Source: Akkermansiaceae bacterium
GTDB lineage: Bacteria > Verrucomicrobiota > Verrucomicrobiia > Verrucomicrobiales > Akkermansiaceae
Length of the DNA stretch: 64,000 bases
Assembly: GCA_051251915.1 (NCBI GenBank)
Contig: JBPOGF010000003.1
Coordinates: forward strand, 32,001-96,000
Direction of reading: 5' to 3'
Both the position numbers and the translations under genes were made by a program. Under the pieces are notes generated by a model. The model saw nothing but the letters and a program-made list of their open reading frames with translations, searched no databases and was not told the origin of the DNA. Shown one piece after another: positions 28,352 through 37,671 of the stretch; position 1 is the stretch's first letter; each line of letters begins with the position of its first letter.

Positions 28352-29752
28352 ATGAATATTAGAGGATCAAAAAGATGGGCGGCTATGACTAGGAATACGG
28401 CTTTAGGTTTAGCGTTGATGGTTAGTGGGATGGCGCATGGGGAGGAGTCTGGTCTTCCTAAGGAGATGAAGGCGGTGGGGTTTTATGATCATTTGCCGAT
28501 TACGGATGAGAAGGCGCTGCTGGATGTGACTTTGGAGATACCTAAGGCTGTGGGGCGAGATTTACTGGTGGAGGTGAAAGCGATTGCGGTGAATCCGATA
28601 GATTATAAAACGCGGTCTAAGCATGTGGGGTTGATCCCGAACCGGATGATTGTGAAAATCCACGCTCAGAAAGGTAAGGGTGAGGTGGTGAGGAGGGCTA
28701 TTGAGGAATTGGTGGGTCCTAGCAGGGCTGAGGAAGGTTGTGTGCATTATGAGATGTTGTTAGATGCGGAGAATCCAGAGATTTTTATTATGAAGGAGAC
28801 TTGGGCAAATGATACGGTGTTGGAAGAGCATAAGAAGACGGCTCATTTTCAGAAATTTCTAGCTGATACTAAGGGAAGTTTGGGCGAGATAGTGGTGAAG
28901 AATTTACCTTATGTTGGTGGCTGGGATGCGTCTGGCGTGGTGGTGGATGTAGGCTCTGGGGTGAAGCATTATGAGGTGGGTGATAAGGTTTATTATGCTG
29001 GGGATATCACGCGTATTGGTACGAATAGTGAGTATCATTTAATCGATGAGCGGATAGTGGGTAAGAAGCCTGATTCTCTAAGTTTCACTGAAGCAGCAGC
29101 TCTGCCATTGACTACGATCACTGCTTACGAGGCGTTGTTTGACCGGTTAGGAATTTCTAAAACTGGTGAGGATAAGGGGAAGAAGATTTTGATTATCGGG
29201 GGGGCTGGTGGAGTGGGGTCTATCGCTACGCAGTTGGCTACGAAGGTCGGGAAGCTAGAGGTGATAGCTTCTGCTTCTAGGGATGAATCACGGGCTTGGG
29301 TGAAGGAGTTAGGAGCTAAGGTGGTGGTGAATCATCGTAATCCTCTGGATGAGGAGTTGCTGGCACAGGGGATTAAGACGGTGGATTATATTTTAGTGCT
29401 GAATCGACTGGAGCAGCATTGGCCAGCGATTGTTAAGAGTATTAAGCCTGGTGGGCACATTGCGTGTATTGTGAATCCGAAGAAGGGGAGTGTGATCGAG
29501 TTAGATATGCTGAAGCCTAAGAGTGCGACTTTTGCTTGGGAGTTCATGTTTACGCGTTCTTTGTATGAGACGGATGATATGATCGAGCAGCAGAATTTAC
29601 TGAATCATGTAGGAAGTTTGATTGATGCAGGGGAGGTTCGGACGACTGTGAATACGGTGCTTAGTCCGATCAATGCTGAAAATGTGCGTAAGGCTCATGC
29701 TACGCTGGAGGGTGGTCATGCACTGGGTAAGATAGTGATTGAGAATTGGTAG
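28352..29752 (+). CDS. MDR-family (zinc-type ADH-like/quinone oxidoreductase) protein with inserted ABM domain and N-terminal signal-like peptide
   Basis: AVNPIDYK...GWDASGVV, AAALPLTTITAYEAL, IIGGAGGVGS, WEFMFTRS. ABM insert SRAEEGCVHYEM...ETW...H...HF. Confidence 0.85.
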   Translation: MNIRGSKRWAAMTRNTALGLALMVSGMAHGEESGLPKEMKAVGFYDHLPITDEKALLDVTLEIPKAVGRDLLVEVKAIAVNPIDYKTRSKHVGLIPNRMIVKIHAQKGKGEVVRRAIEELVGPSRAEEGCVHYEMLLDAENPEIFIMKETWANDTVLEEHKKTAHFQKFLADTKGSLGEIVVKNLPYVGGWDASGVVVDVGSGVKHYEVGDKVYYAGDITRIGTNSEYHLIDERIVGKKPDSLSFTEAAALPLTTITAYEALFDRLGISKTGEDKGKKILIIGGAGGVGSIATQLATKVGKLEVIASASRDESRAWVKELGAKVVVNHRNPLDEELLAQGIKTVDYILVLNRLEQHWPAIVKSIKPGGHIACIVNPKKGSVIELDMLKPKSATFAWEFMFTRSLYETDDMIEQQNLLNHVGSLIDAGEVRTTVNTVLSPINAENVRKAHATLEGGHALGKIVIENW

Positions 29753-29838
29753 CTGGTTATATTATAAGAACTAAGCGAAAAGTACGCTTCCACATTGAAA
29801 CCGCCAGGTAATATTTTTTGGGGCTGTGTAGGAGGTTT

Positions 29839-30990
29839 TTATTTTGGCTTGTCTGCTTCTATGTTGGCTTGGCGGATGGCTTCTTTGGCTTTGGTGAGTC
29901 TGGCGGGCCAATTGAAGGTGGGGGCTGTGGTGGGGTCGTAGCCTGCCATGTGGCCGGTGAGGCGGGTGGTGGGTTTGGTGTAGGTGAGTTCTGTGTCGCG
30001 GAAGACTTCTTGGCAGAAGTTTGCTAGGACGGGGTCGTAGGCGATGAGTTCTGCGCGGGTGTTGACGTGGTTGTGGTCGTGGTCTGGTTCGCGGTTGTTT
30101 CCGAACCATGACTGGACGCCTTCTGCGAAGTATTCGAAGTGGTTGGTGGCGGCGTATTTGTCTTTCCAGAGTCCGGCTGCGATGGCTTTTTCGTAGGCAG
30201 CTTTGAGGCGGGTGTCGAAGGTGGGGTCGACGTTGGTCATGCCACGGAGGTGGATGTTGTGGGCGAATTCGTGGATGAGGATGTTTTCTGATGTGTAGGG
30301 ATCTCCTTCGTAGCCGAGGAGGTTTTCTTCTCCGCAGGTGCAGTATGGGTCTGCGGTGCTGCCGCCGGTTCCTCTGGCGCGGGCGTCCCAGAAGTCTTTG
30401 GCGCTGACATCTTTGTATTGTGATGGGAAGCGTGCGAAGTGGGTGAATTCTGGGAGGTCTGTGGTGTATTCGTTGTGTGCGATGATGCAGAGGCGGGCGC
30501 CGCTGTTGATCATGGCTTGGCGGACGTCGTCACGTTTGGATAGCATTTGGTCAACGAGGTAGGCGGCTTCTTTGAGGGCGTATGGGTTGACGGTGGCTGA
30601 TGCGACGATGGGGAATCCGCCAGCTTCTACTCTCTGGGTGTAGAATGCTGGGGTGTTGTTTTTCTCTTGTGGTGCGTAGCGGTAGGCTTGGACTGGGGAG
30701 GTGCTTTCTAGGGTGAGGGTGGTGTTGGTGTCTTGGCCTACGATTTCGAATTTGTGTCCGATGGTGGTGTCGAAGACGAAGTCATCGCCGGCTGCGATGA
30801 CTCCTTTGGGGGTTTTCTCTCTGTCCTGTGAGATCCAGTAGAGGTCAGCTTTTTCGGTGCTGGCATTGATTACCTGTAGCTTGGGCCTTGGTGGTGTGGC
30901 GGCAGGGTCAGTGTCATTTTTCGCCACTGAGACGGTGATGAGGATGATGAGAGTGATGATGCTGAGCTGGAGTAGGACGATGAGTTTCAT
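29839..30990 (-). CDS. Secreted zincin metallopeptidase-like protein with VHL beta-domain-like N-terminus
   Basis: Signal/TM. VINASTEKADLYWI...TTIGHKF, HEFAH zinc motif, YAATNHFEYFAEG. Confidence 0.7.
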   Translation of the reverse strand: MKLIVLLQLSIITLIILITVSVAKNDTDPAATPPRPKLQVINASTEKADLYWISQDREKTPKGVIAAGDDFVFDTTIGHKFEIVGQDTNTTLTLESTSPVQAYRYAPQEKNNTPAFYTQRVEAGGFPIVASATVNPYALKEAAYLVDQMLSKRDDVRQAMINSGARLCIIAHNEYTTDLPEFTHFARFPSQYKDVSAKDFWDARARGTGGSTADPYCTCGEENLLGYEGDPYTSENILIHEFAHNIHLRGMTNVDPTFDTRLKAAYEKAIAAGLWKDKYAATNHFEYFAEGVQSWFGNNREPDHDHNHVNTRAELIAYDPVLANFCQEVFRDTELTYTKPTTRLTGHMAGYDPTTAPTFNWPARLTKAKEAIRQANIEADKPK

Positions 30991-30993
30991 CAA

Positions 30994-33510
30994 TTAGGAA
31001 TTTAGGTTGCGGAGTTTTACTGGTTCGTTGGAGTTTTCGATTTTGGTGATGAGGGCTCTGACTTCGTCTACGAGTGGGGCTAGTCCTTTGGCTTCGCTGT
31101 GGTTTTCGAGGTCTTTGATGAGTTTGTGGAGTCTTGGGATGACTGGTTTGGCGGCGCTGCCGTAGGTTCCTAGGATTTGGAGGCATTGGCTGACGCGTCT
31201 GCGCTTGCCCCATTTGAGGATTTCCATGGTGTCGAAGCAGAGTGCCATGCCTTCTTCTACGCGGTATTTTGCGAGCATTTTGAGTCCGCCGAGGCGGATG
31301 GAGCTGGCGAACATGACGCCGGATGGGCTGGGTTCTCTGATGGCTTCGAGGATGGCTGGTAGGATGGGCTTGAGTTCCTCGAAGGTGAGGGAGTTGTAGA
31401 GGGATTCTACGGTGCCACGGGTGCGTCCATCTGGGTTGGCGAGGAGCTGCTTCATGACTTTGTAGAGGGTCTCGCGGTCGATGTTTTCTACTGATTTTGA
31501 GAGCAGTCCGGGCTTGCCGTAGGTTCCTTTGGCATCGAAGAGGCCGAAGGCTAGGAAGCGCTGGGTGATCTGGAGTGGGTCTGCTGGGTCTAGTGTGGTG
31601 GCTAGTTTTAGCAGGGCGGGGATGGCGGCTGAGGCGTCTTTACCGATGTTGGTGAGGGCGTTTGCTGCCTGGATGCGGAGCCATGCGTCATCTTCTTCTA
31701 GTAGGGCGATGAGTGGTGTGACGGCGGCTTTTGATTTTTCTTTGAGTGCGCCTAGTGCTTGGCAGGCGCCGTAGCGGGCGTTGATGGAATCACTGCTGAG
31801 CATCTCGATGAGTTGTGGGACGACTGTGGCTGAGTCTTCTTTGAGCGCGAGGGCTTCTGAAACTCGGGTGCGGACGGCGGGTGACCAGCTCTGGATGTCT
31901 TGGAGTAGCTCGGCGTTGGTTTTCTTGGTGTATGGTGGGATGCCTTCGTCCCAGGCGGAAAATCCGGAGCCTAGTTGGATGTTGTTTTTGAGGTCTTGGC
32001 CGGTGATTAGGTTTTTGTCATGGGTGCCTTTTCCGGTGATGTAGAGTTGTTTCTTAGGGAGGGCGTAGGTGAGCATGAAGGTGGAGGTGGAGTCCCATCC
32101 TGAGTAGGAGTTTTCGCCTTTGCCGGAGTTGGCTCCGCCTTGGTAGGGGAATTCTCCTTTCCAGGTGCGGTTGAGGTCGTAGAACCAGTCTTGCTGGTTG
32201 AGGAATGCGGTGGTGGCTGCATTTCCTGCGCGCTGGCTGCCGAGTGGGCCCCATTGGTAGCTGAAGTAGTTGCCGGTGTGGCCGCGCTCTCTTTCGCCGT
32301 ATGAGGCGACGGTCATGGCGGAGAAGAACTTGCTCTCGGCGTTCATGTCTTGGAGGTCGAAGATGATGGCGGCCATGGAGTTTTTGCCGTTGTCGTCATG
32401 GCGGTCTGAGTTAGGGAAGTGGTCGCCGTAGGGGATGGAGCCTTTGCCGGAGTAGAAGCCGATGAATTTGTTGGCTTTTTTGATGGCGGTGGAGATTTCG
32501 TCGTTGGTGACGTTGCATTTCTCGGCTAGGACGAGTGACATGTGGCAGACGAGGCCGGCGGAATTTAGTGCTCCGTATCCCATGAGTGAGCCGTGGAATT
32601 TTCCTTTATTTAGCTCTGGCCATGCCATGGAGTGTCCCCATGAGCCGATGAAGCTTTGGCCTTTGGCGATGCTGGTGGAGTATTCTTTGATGGCTGGGAG
32701 GATGGCTTTGTCGCCTGTGGCGAGGTAGTATTCTGAGAGGAAGAGGTTGGTGTATCCCCAGCCCCAAGAGACCATGCCTGTCTGGGCGGAGAGCTCTAGT
32801 TTGAGGTCTGCTGGTGCGTAGGCGTGGGCGTATTTCTGGATGAGTTCGAGGTATTTAGAATTTCCTGATGCGAGTAGGGCGAGGAGGTCATTGAGCTCGA
32901 TGATCTGGGTGCTGCTGTATCTGGTTCTGCCGCCTTTGCTGAGCCATGAGGGGTCGTTGAGGGAGGCTAGATTATTTTCAAGTTTGGCGGCGATGAACTC
33001 GCAGCCGGCTTCTAGGATGGAGGCTGATTTTGGGCAATCGTAGGGTGAGGTGGCGCTGCGTGCGCCGAGGGGTTTGAGCTGGAGGGTGACGTTTTCTGTT
33101 TTGCCGTCTCTCCATCTGACGAGTGAGAGTTTGCCATCGGTGGATTCTGCGGTAGCGATGGCGGTTCCTAGTATATGGCGCGGGTCTTGATCAAATTTTA
33201 CATCATTGATGCCGAGAATGATGTCACCTTTTTGGAACGTGCCGTCTGCGGGTGAGTTTTTGTCTACTTTGGTGATGAAGATTTGGTCGGCTTTGGTGGT
33301 TTCTAGCTTCCATCCCCACATCCATCCGCGCAGACCTGTGGGTCCGAGGTTCCAGTCGTGTTTATCGCCTATTTTGTCTCCCTTGGTAAAGTCTGGGACG
33401 GGGTCGAGAGTGGATTTTGGGGCACTGTAGAGCGGTAGGGTGAGGCTGGCGCTGGCGAGTGCTAGGGCGATAATTTTGTTGGTGATGTTGGTGGATGAAT
33501 GCAGTTTCAT
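30994..33510 (-). CDS. DUF6288-type secreted protein (PDZ + helical domain + HEAT repeats)
   Basis: Signal peptide. HDWNLGPTGLRGW, PDZ (VDKNSPADG..KGDIILGIN), C-terminal HEAT/PBS-lyase repeats (ARYGACQALGAL, LRIQAANALTNI). Confidence 0.7.
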   Translation of the reverse strand: MKLHSSTNITNKIIALALASASLTLPLYSAPKSTLDPVPDFTKGDKIGDKHDWNLGPTGLRGWMWGWKLETTKADQIFITKVDKNSPADGTFQKGDIILGINDVKFDQDPRHILGTAIATAESTDGKLSLVRWRDGKTENVTLQLKPLGARSATSPYDCPKSASILEAGCEFIAAKLENNLASLNDPSWLSKGGRTRYSSTQIIELNDLLALLASGNSKYLELIQKYAHAYAPADLKLELSAQTGMVSWGWGYTNLFLSEYYLATGDKAILPAIKEYSTSIAKGQSFIGSWGHSMAWPELNKGKFHGSLMGYGALNSAGLVCHMSLVLAEKCNVTNDEISTAIKKANKFIGFYSGKGSIPYGDHFPNSDRHDDNGKNSMAAIIFDLQDMNAESKFFSAMTVASYGERERGHTGNYFSYQWGPLGSQRAGNAATTAFLNQQDWFYDLNRTWKGEFPYQGGANSGKGENSYSGWDSTSTFMLTYALPKKQLYITGKGTHDKNLITGQDLKNNIQLGSGFSAWDEGIPPYTKKTNAELLQDIQSWSPAVRTRVSEALALKEDSATVVPQLIEMLSSDSINARYGACQALGALKEKSKAAVTPLIALLEEDDAWLRIQAANALTNIGKDASAAIPALLKLATTLDPADPLQITQRFLAFGLFDAKGTYGKPGLLSKSVENIDRETLYKVMKQLLANPDGRTRGTVESLYNSLTFEELKPILPAILEAIREPSPSGVMFASSIRLGGLKMLAKYRVEEGMALCFDTMEILKWGKRRRVSQCLQILGTYGSAAKPVIPRLHKLIKDLENHSEAKGLAPLVDEVRALITKIENSNEPVKLRNLNS

Positions 33511-33563
33511 GACGTTATTACTTTTAAGATGTGTTTTGGATACGGGAGGGGTGGTGTGATTTA

Positions 33564-34739
33564 TTAGATCCAGGTGACTTCTGGGGGCATGTTGACGAAT
33601 GTGCCGTCGATGCAGAATGGCTTGCCGTCTAGGGTGACGCGTGAGCCTTCGCCGAGTGAGGCGATGAGGTCCCAGTGGAGGGCGCTTTTGTTGGTGTTAC
33701 CGGTTTCTGGGTAGCCTGCGCCGAAGGCGAGGTGGAATGAGCCTCCCATTTTTTCATCATAGAGGATCTGGCCGGTGGCGCGGTCGATGGCGCGGTTGGT
33801 TCCGAAGGCGACTTCGCCGATGCGGCTGGCTCCTTCGTCTTGCTTGAGCATGGAGATGAGGAAGTCTTCGCCTTGGTCAGCGGTGACTTCTGTGGCGACT
33901 CCGTTTTCCATGACGATGCGGGCATTCTGGACGGCGTGGCCTTGGTAGACGCAGCGTTTGTCGAAGACGACGACTCCGTTGGCACCGCCGTTAGGGGCGT
34001 TGAGGTTGGGGCCTGAGTAGACTTCTCCGTCTGGGAAATTTTTGCGGCCTGGGCTGGAGAGCCAGCGCATGTTCTCGATATTTACGGTGAGGTCTGTGCC
34101 GGCTGGGGTGTGGAAGTGGAGTTCGCTGCCGGTCATGAGGCTTTCTGCGAGTTGGGTCTGCCAGCGGTCGAGTTCTTGCCAGAATGCGACTGGGTCTTCG
34201 TGGTCGAGCTGGCAGGCTTTGATGACGAATTGGGAGTAGTCCTTGAGGCTCATGCCGGCGTCTTGGGCGTAGGCATTGGTAGGGTATAGAGTGGTGGTCC
34301 AGAGGAGGGGCTTGAGGTCGGTGTTGATGGTGGGATCATCTGCGACGGCGGCGCGCTGGAAGAAGAGTTCGCGGTTGGCTTTGTTGGCACGGGCGGCGCG
34401 CTGGGGGATAGCGGGGTCGAACTTATCCATGGTGCGGAGGTTGGTGTTGGCTCCGAGGTTGATGGTGGCGTCTACGAGCTCGGTCTCTAGTTTGGCGATG
34501 GGGTTTTCCCAGTCGAGTTGGTCACCGTTTGCGAGTTCGTAGTAGGTTTCGGTGAGTGATTCTGGCGCGCATTTGACGATGGGTAGGCCACCGGCTTCGA
34601 GGACTTTGCGGTAGACTGCTTCGAGTAGTGGAGTGGCTTCTGGTTGAGCGGTGATGCGGACGACGGTTCCGGGCTGGATGTTGGTGGCGTGTCGGACGAG
34701 GACATCTGCCCAGCGTGTGAGGTGTTGGTTGGTTAGCAT
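33564..34739 (-). CDS. Aminopeptidase, M29 family (AmpS/AmpT-like)
   Basis: NFPDGEVYSGP, IGEVAFG, LYDEKMGGSFHLAFGAGY and SALHWDL motifs. Confidence 0.92.
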   Translation of the reverse strand: MLTNQHLTRWADVLVRHATNIQPGTVVRITAQPEATPLLEAVYRKVLEAGGLPIVKCAPESLTETYYELANGDQLDWENPIAKLETELVDATINLGANTNLRTMDKFDPAIPQRAARANKANRELFFQRAAVADDPTINTDLKPLLWTTTLYPTNAYAQDAGMSLKDYSQFVIKACQLDHEDPVAFWQELDRWQTQLAESLMTGSELHFHTPAGTDLTVNIENMRWLSSPGRKNFPDGEVYSGPNLNAPNGGANGVVVFDKRCVYQGHAVQNARIVMENGVATEVTADQGEDFLISMLKQDEGASRIGEVAFGTNRAIDRATGQILYDEKMGGSFHLAFGAGYPETGNTNKSALHWDLIASLGEGSRVTLDGKPFCIDGTFVNMPPEVTWI

Positions 34740-34895
34740 GTGTGGTGTTGTTTGGTGAAATGTTTGAACAAGGGAGGTAAATTAAGAGTGTTGCTCGAAG
34801 CTATAGCAGATCATCTGCCATTATAAAGTCTCTGGATAAAAAGATCAGCTTTCGTAACGTTTATTACGACGTATTAACTAAGGAAATTGATACTC

Positions 34896-34998
34896 GGTCA
34901 AAATTTTACGAGAATCTCCTAGGGTTAGAAATTGACCCTGTAGCAAGATTCTGGCTGTGGAAATGAAATAATGAGTATATAAGGGGTAAAAATTGACC
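34896..34998. promoter_or_regulatory. Three copies of the GGTCA-N5-TGACC-like pseudo-palindrome
   Basis: GGTCA-aaatt-TTACG (34896), AGGGTTA-gaaat-TGACCCT (34921-34939) and GGGTA-aaaat-TGACC (34984). Confidence 0.5.
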
Positions 34999-35152
34999 CA
35001 TTAGTTTATTATTTTATCTGTTATTCTCTGGTATGAGAATATTTATTGTGCACAATACCAAATACAAGGTGCGCTTTCATGTAGGACGAATTTTCTAATT
35101 CTAAATGACTGCGGACTTTTCATACACACAATAAAATCAATTATAAAAACTT

Positions 35153-35884
35153 ATGAAAACTAAAGGACTAATAAAAAAAGGAATCCTGGCTCTAGCGGTA
35201 AGCTGCTCTAGTGCACAGGCTGGAATCGTTTTAGGGACGACTGAGCCATCTGCTGATGTCTTGGTCGATGAGATCTACGGGACTCTACGAGTTAATACGA
35301 TCATCAACTCTACAGCATCTCAGGGATCACGTGGTAGCGGATTTTCAGTAGCAGGTACTGGGCAATTTGACATTTCAGCCATTGTTATAGATGCGGGAGG
35401 TAACGGTGCTTTGGCTACAGGGTTCGAGTTTACTGTCTCCATCATACAAGCAGCTAGTGGTGAGACTGCTTACGACCAAACATTTACTGCAGTGGGTGGA
35501 TCTAGTGTGACTAATGCTCAATTTACTTCAGCAATAGGCGGCAGTCTTGTCGGTGAGGAAACTTTTGCGGCAGATGGGTTGGTAACGGCAGCTAATCAAT
35601 ACCTCACATTTGAATTCACTAATGCGATACAAGTAGATGCAGGTACCGAGTATGCAGTGATGATACAGACCAATGGACTGTTTAATCAACGTGAAGGTAA
35701 TAACGTAACAGGTGATTTGAACAGAATTTTGTTTAATACTGCTTCAACACAGACCCCTGATTCGTCCACAGATGGGAGTAGAGGACTACGCTTCTCTGTT
35801 TTAGGAACAGCCGTTCCAGAGCCGTCATCAACAGCACTTTTAGGTCTTGGGGGGCTTGCTTTGATCTTACGTCGACGTAAGTAA
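35153..35884 (+). CDS. PEP-CTERM sorting domain protein
   Basis: Signal peptide (AQA|GI) and C-terminal VPEPSSTALLGLGGLALILRRRK. Confidence 0.93.
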   Translation: MKTKGLIKKGILALAVSCSSAQAGIVLGTTEPSADVLVDEIYGTLRVNTIINSTASQGSRGSGFSVAGTGQFDISAIVIDAGGNGALATGFEFTVSIIQAASGETAYDQTFTAVGGSSVTNAQFTSAIGGSLVGEETFAADGLVTAANQYLTFEFTNAIQVDAGTEYAVMIQTNGLFNQREGNNVTGDLNRILFNTASTQTPDSSTDGSRGLRFSVLGTAVPEPSSTALLGLGGLALILRRRK

Positions 35885-35918
35885 GGGGTATTCCTTATTT
35901 GAACTTAAACATTTCAAC

Positions 35919-35950
35919 CACCTTTGCTTTTTTGCGAGGGTGTTTTTTTT
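35919..35950 (+). terminator. Intrinsic terminator
   Basis: CACCTTTGC...GCGAGGGTG hairpin followed by T8. Confidence 0.7.
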
Positions 35951-36021
35951 GGTTTATTAAAATGAGTCATGAACATGATCAAATTATTGTATTGGGGTTT
36001 TAATTTTGATAAGTTTTGAGG

Positions 36022-37572
36022 ATGATGAAAAAACTATTTAGTAGTGTGTTGGTTTGTGGGGTGTTGTCGGCTTCTGGGTTGATGGCGGATGGTGAGGAGA
36101 AGCGTCCTAACATTTTGTTTATTCTTGCGGATGATCAGTCGCCGTTTGATCTGAAGGTTTATGATGCGGGGTCGAAGTTGGAGACGCCGGTGTTGGATAA
36201 GTTGGCGGCTGAGGGGATGGTGTTTGATGGTGCTCATCAGATGGGTGCATGGGTTGGGGCGGTGTGTACGCCGTCGCGGCATATGATTATGTCTGGGCGG
36301 ACGGTGTGGCATCTTCCTGGGAAAAAGAGCCGTAATCCACTGACTGCAGATCCTAAGTATGTGCCGACTGATCTGGCGGATCATACGATGGCACCGGTGT
36401 TTAATGCGGCGGGGTATGATACGATGCGGACTTGTAAGAAGGGGAATAGCTATGGTGCGGCGAATAAGAAATTCACGGTGGTGCATGATGCTACTAAGCG
36501 CGGGGGGACTGATGAGTCTGGGAGTGGTTGGCATGGTGAGAGGGTGCTGGAGTATCTGAAGGAACGGGAGGCTAGTAAGGATAGTGATCCATTTTTGATC
36601 TACTTCGGGTTCTCTCATCCGCATGATACACGAGATGGGAAGCCTGAGTTGCTGGCGAAGTATGGGGCGGTGAATCATAAGGATGAGACGAAATTGCCGA
36701 AGTTGAATGCTAAGCAACCGCCATTGCCGGTGAATTACTTGCCGAAACATCCATTTGATAATACGCATATGAATGTGAGGGATGAGGTGAGAGTGAGCGG
36801 TGTCTGGAAGAACCGCGATGAGAGTACGATTCGGAATGAGTTGGGGCGTGAGTTTGCCTGTAGTGAGAATATTGATATTCAGGTTGGTAAGGTTTTAGCT
36901 CAGCTTGAGGCGATGGGTGAGCTGGATAATACGTATATTATTTATACTGCGGATCATGGGATGGCGATTGGTCGTCATGGGTTGCAGGGGAAGCAGAATC
37001 TTTATGAGCATACATTTAGGGTTCCGTTTATTGTGAAGGGGCCTGGGATCAAGCCGGGGACGCGTGCTAGGGGTAATGTTTATCTGTTGGATGTGCTGGC
37101 TACGCTTTGTGATCTGACTGGCGTGAAGCCGCCTGAGACGAATCAGGGGATTAGTATGAAGCCGATTTTGATGGGTGAGAAGGAGAGTGTGCGGGATGTG
37201 CTGTATGGGGTTTATTGTGGTGGTGACTTGCCTGGGATGCGGTGTGTGAAGAAGGATGGATGGAAGCTGATTCAGTATGAGTCAACGAAGTCTGGTGCGA
37301 AGTCTACTCAGTTGTTTAATCTGAGGGAAAACCCTAATGAATTGATCGAACAGCATCATTCGGCTGAGGTGATAGAGCTAACAAAACATACCCCTAACGA
37401 GAACCAGAAGAACTTAGCGGGTGATCCCGCGTATGCTGAGAAGTTGAAGGAGATGCAGGCTGTTTTGTTAGAAGAGATGCGTGGGCATAATGATCCGTAT
37501 CGCTTTTCAAACCAGCCTGATGACGGATTGAAGAAGCCTGATGCAGCTGCGAAAAAGAAAAAGAAGAAGTGA
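36022..37572 (+). CDS. Formylglycine-dependent sulfatase (S1 family), secreted
   Basis: Signal peptide. RPNILFILADD, CTPSR, HPHD, TADHG and GKQNLYE motifs. Confidence 0.92.
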   Translation: MMKKLFSSVLVCGVLSASGLMADGEEKRPNILFILADDQSPFDLKVYDAGSKLETPVLDKLAAEGMVFDGAHQMGAWVGAVCTPSRHMIMSGRTVWHLPGKKSRNPLTADPKYVPTDLADHTMAPVFNAAGYDTMRTCKKGNSYGAANKKFTVVHDATKRGGTDESGSGWHGERVLEYLKEREASKDSDPFLIYFGFSHPHDTRDGKPELLAKYGAVNHKDETKLPKLNAKQPPLPVNYLPKHPFDNTHMNVRDEVRVSGVWKNRDESTIRNELGREFACSENIDIQVGKVLAQLEAMGELDNTYIIYTADHGMAIGRHGLQGKQNLYEHTFRVPFIVKGPGIKPGTRARGNVYLLDVLATLCDLTGVKPPETNQGISMKPILMGEKESVRDVLYGVYCGGDLPGMRCVKKDGWKLIQYESTKSGAKSTQLFNLRENPNELIEQHHSAEVIELTKHTPNENQKNLAGDPAYAEKLKEMQAVLLEEMRGHNDPYRFSNQPDDGLKKPDAAAKKKKKK

Positions 37573-37602
37573 AAACCAATCACTATTTAACAACTTACTA
37601 AG

Positions 37603-37635
37603 AAAAAAGCCGCTCTATGCAGATAGAGCGGCTTT
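37603..37635. terminator. Probable bidirectional terminator
   Basis: AAAGCCGCTCTAT-gcag-ATAGAGCGGCTTT between convergent genes. Confidence 0.8.
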
Positions 37636-37671
37636 GATTTTAAAAGAGTTTACGTAAGGCGTTAGGAATAA

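Noticed and set aside
35029..35043. Sigma54 promoter for PEP-CTERM gene 35153
   Set aside because: A TGGTATG -24-like half is present but there is no GC at the -12 position.
23758..36768. Numerous alternative-frame and antisense ORFs (e.g. 24873..25310, 30914..31213, 36034..36768, 20655..21203)
   Set aside because: They overlap well-supported genes and have low-complexity translations expected from the strand skew.
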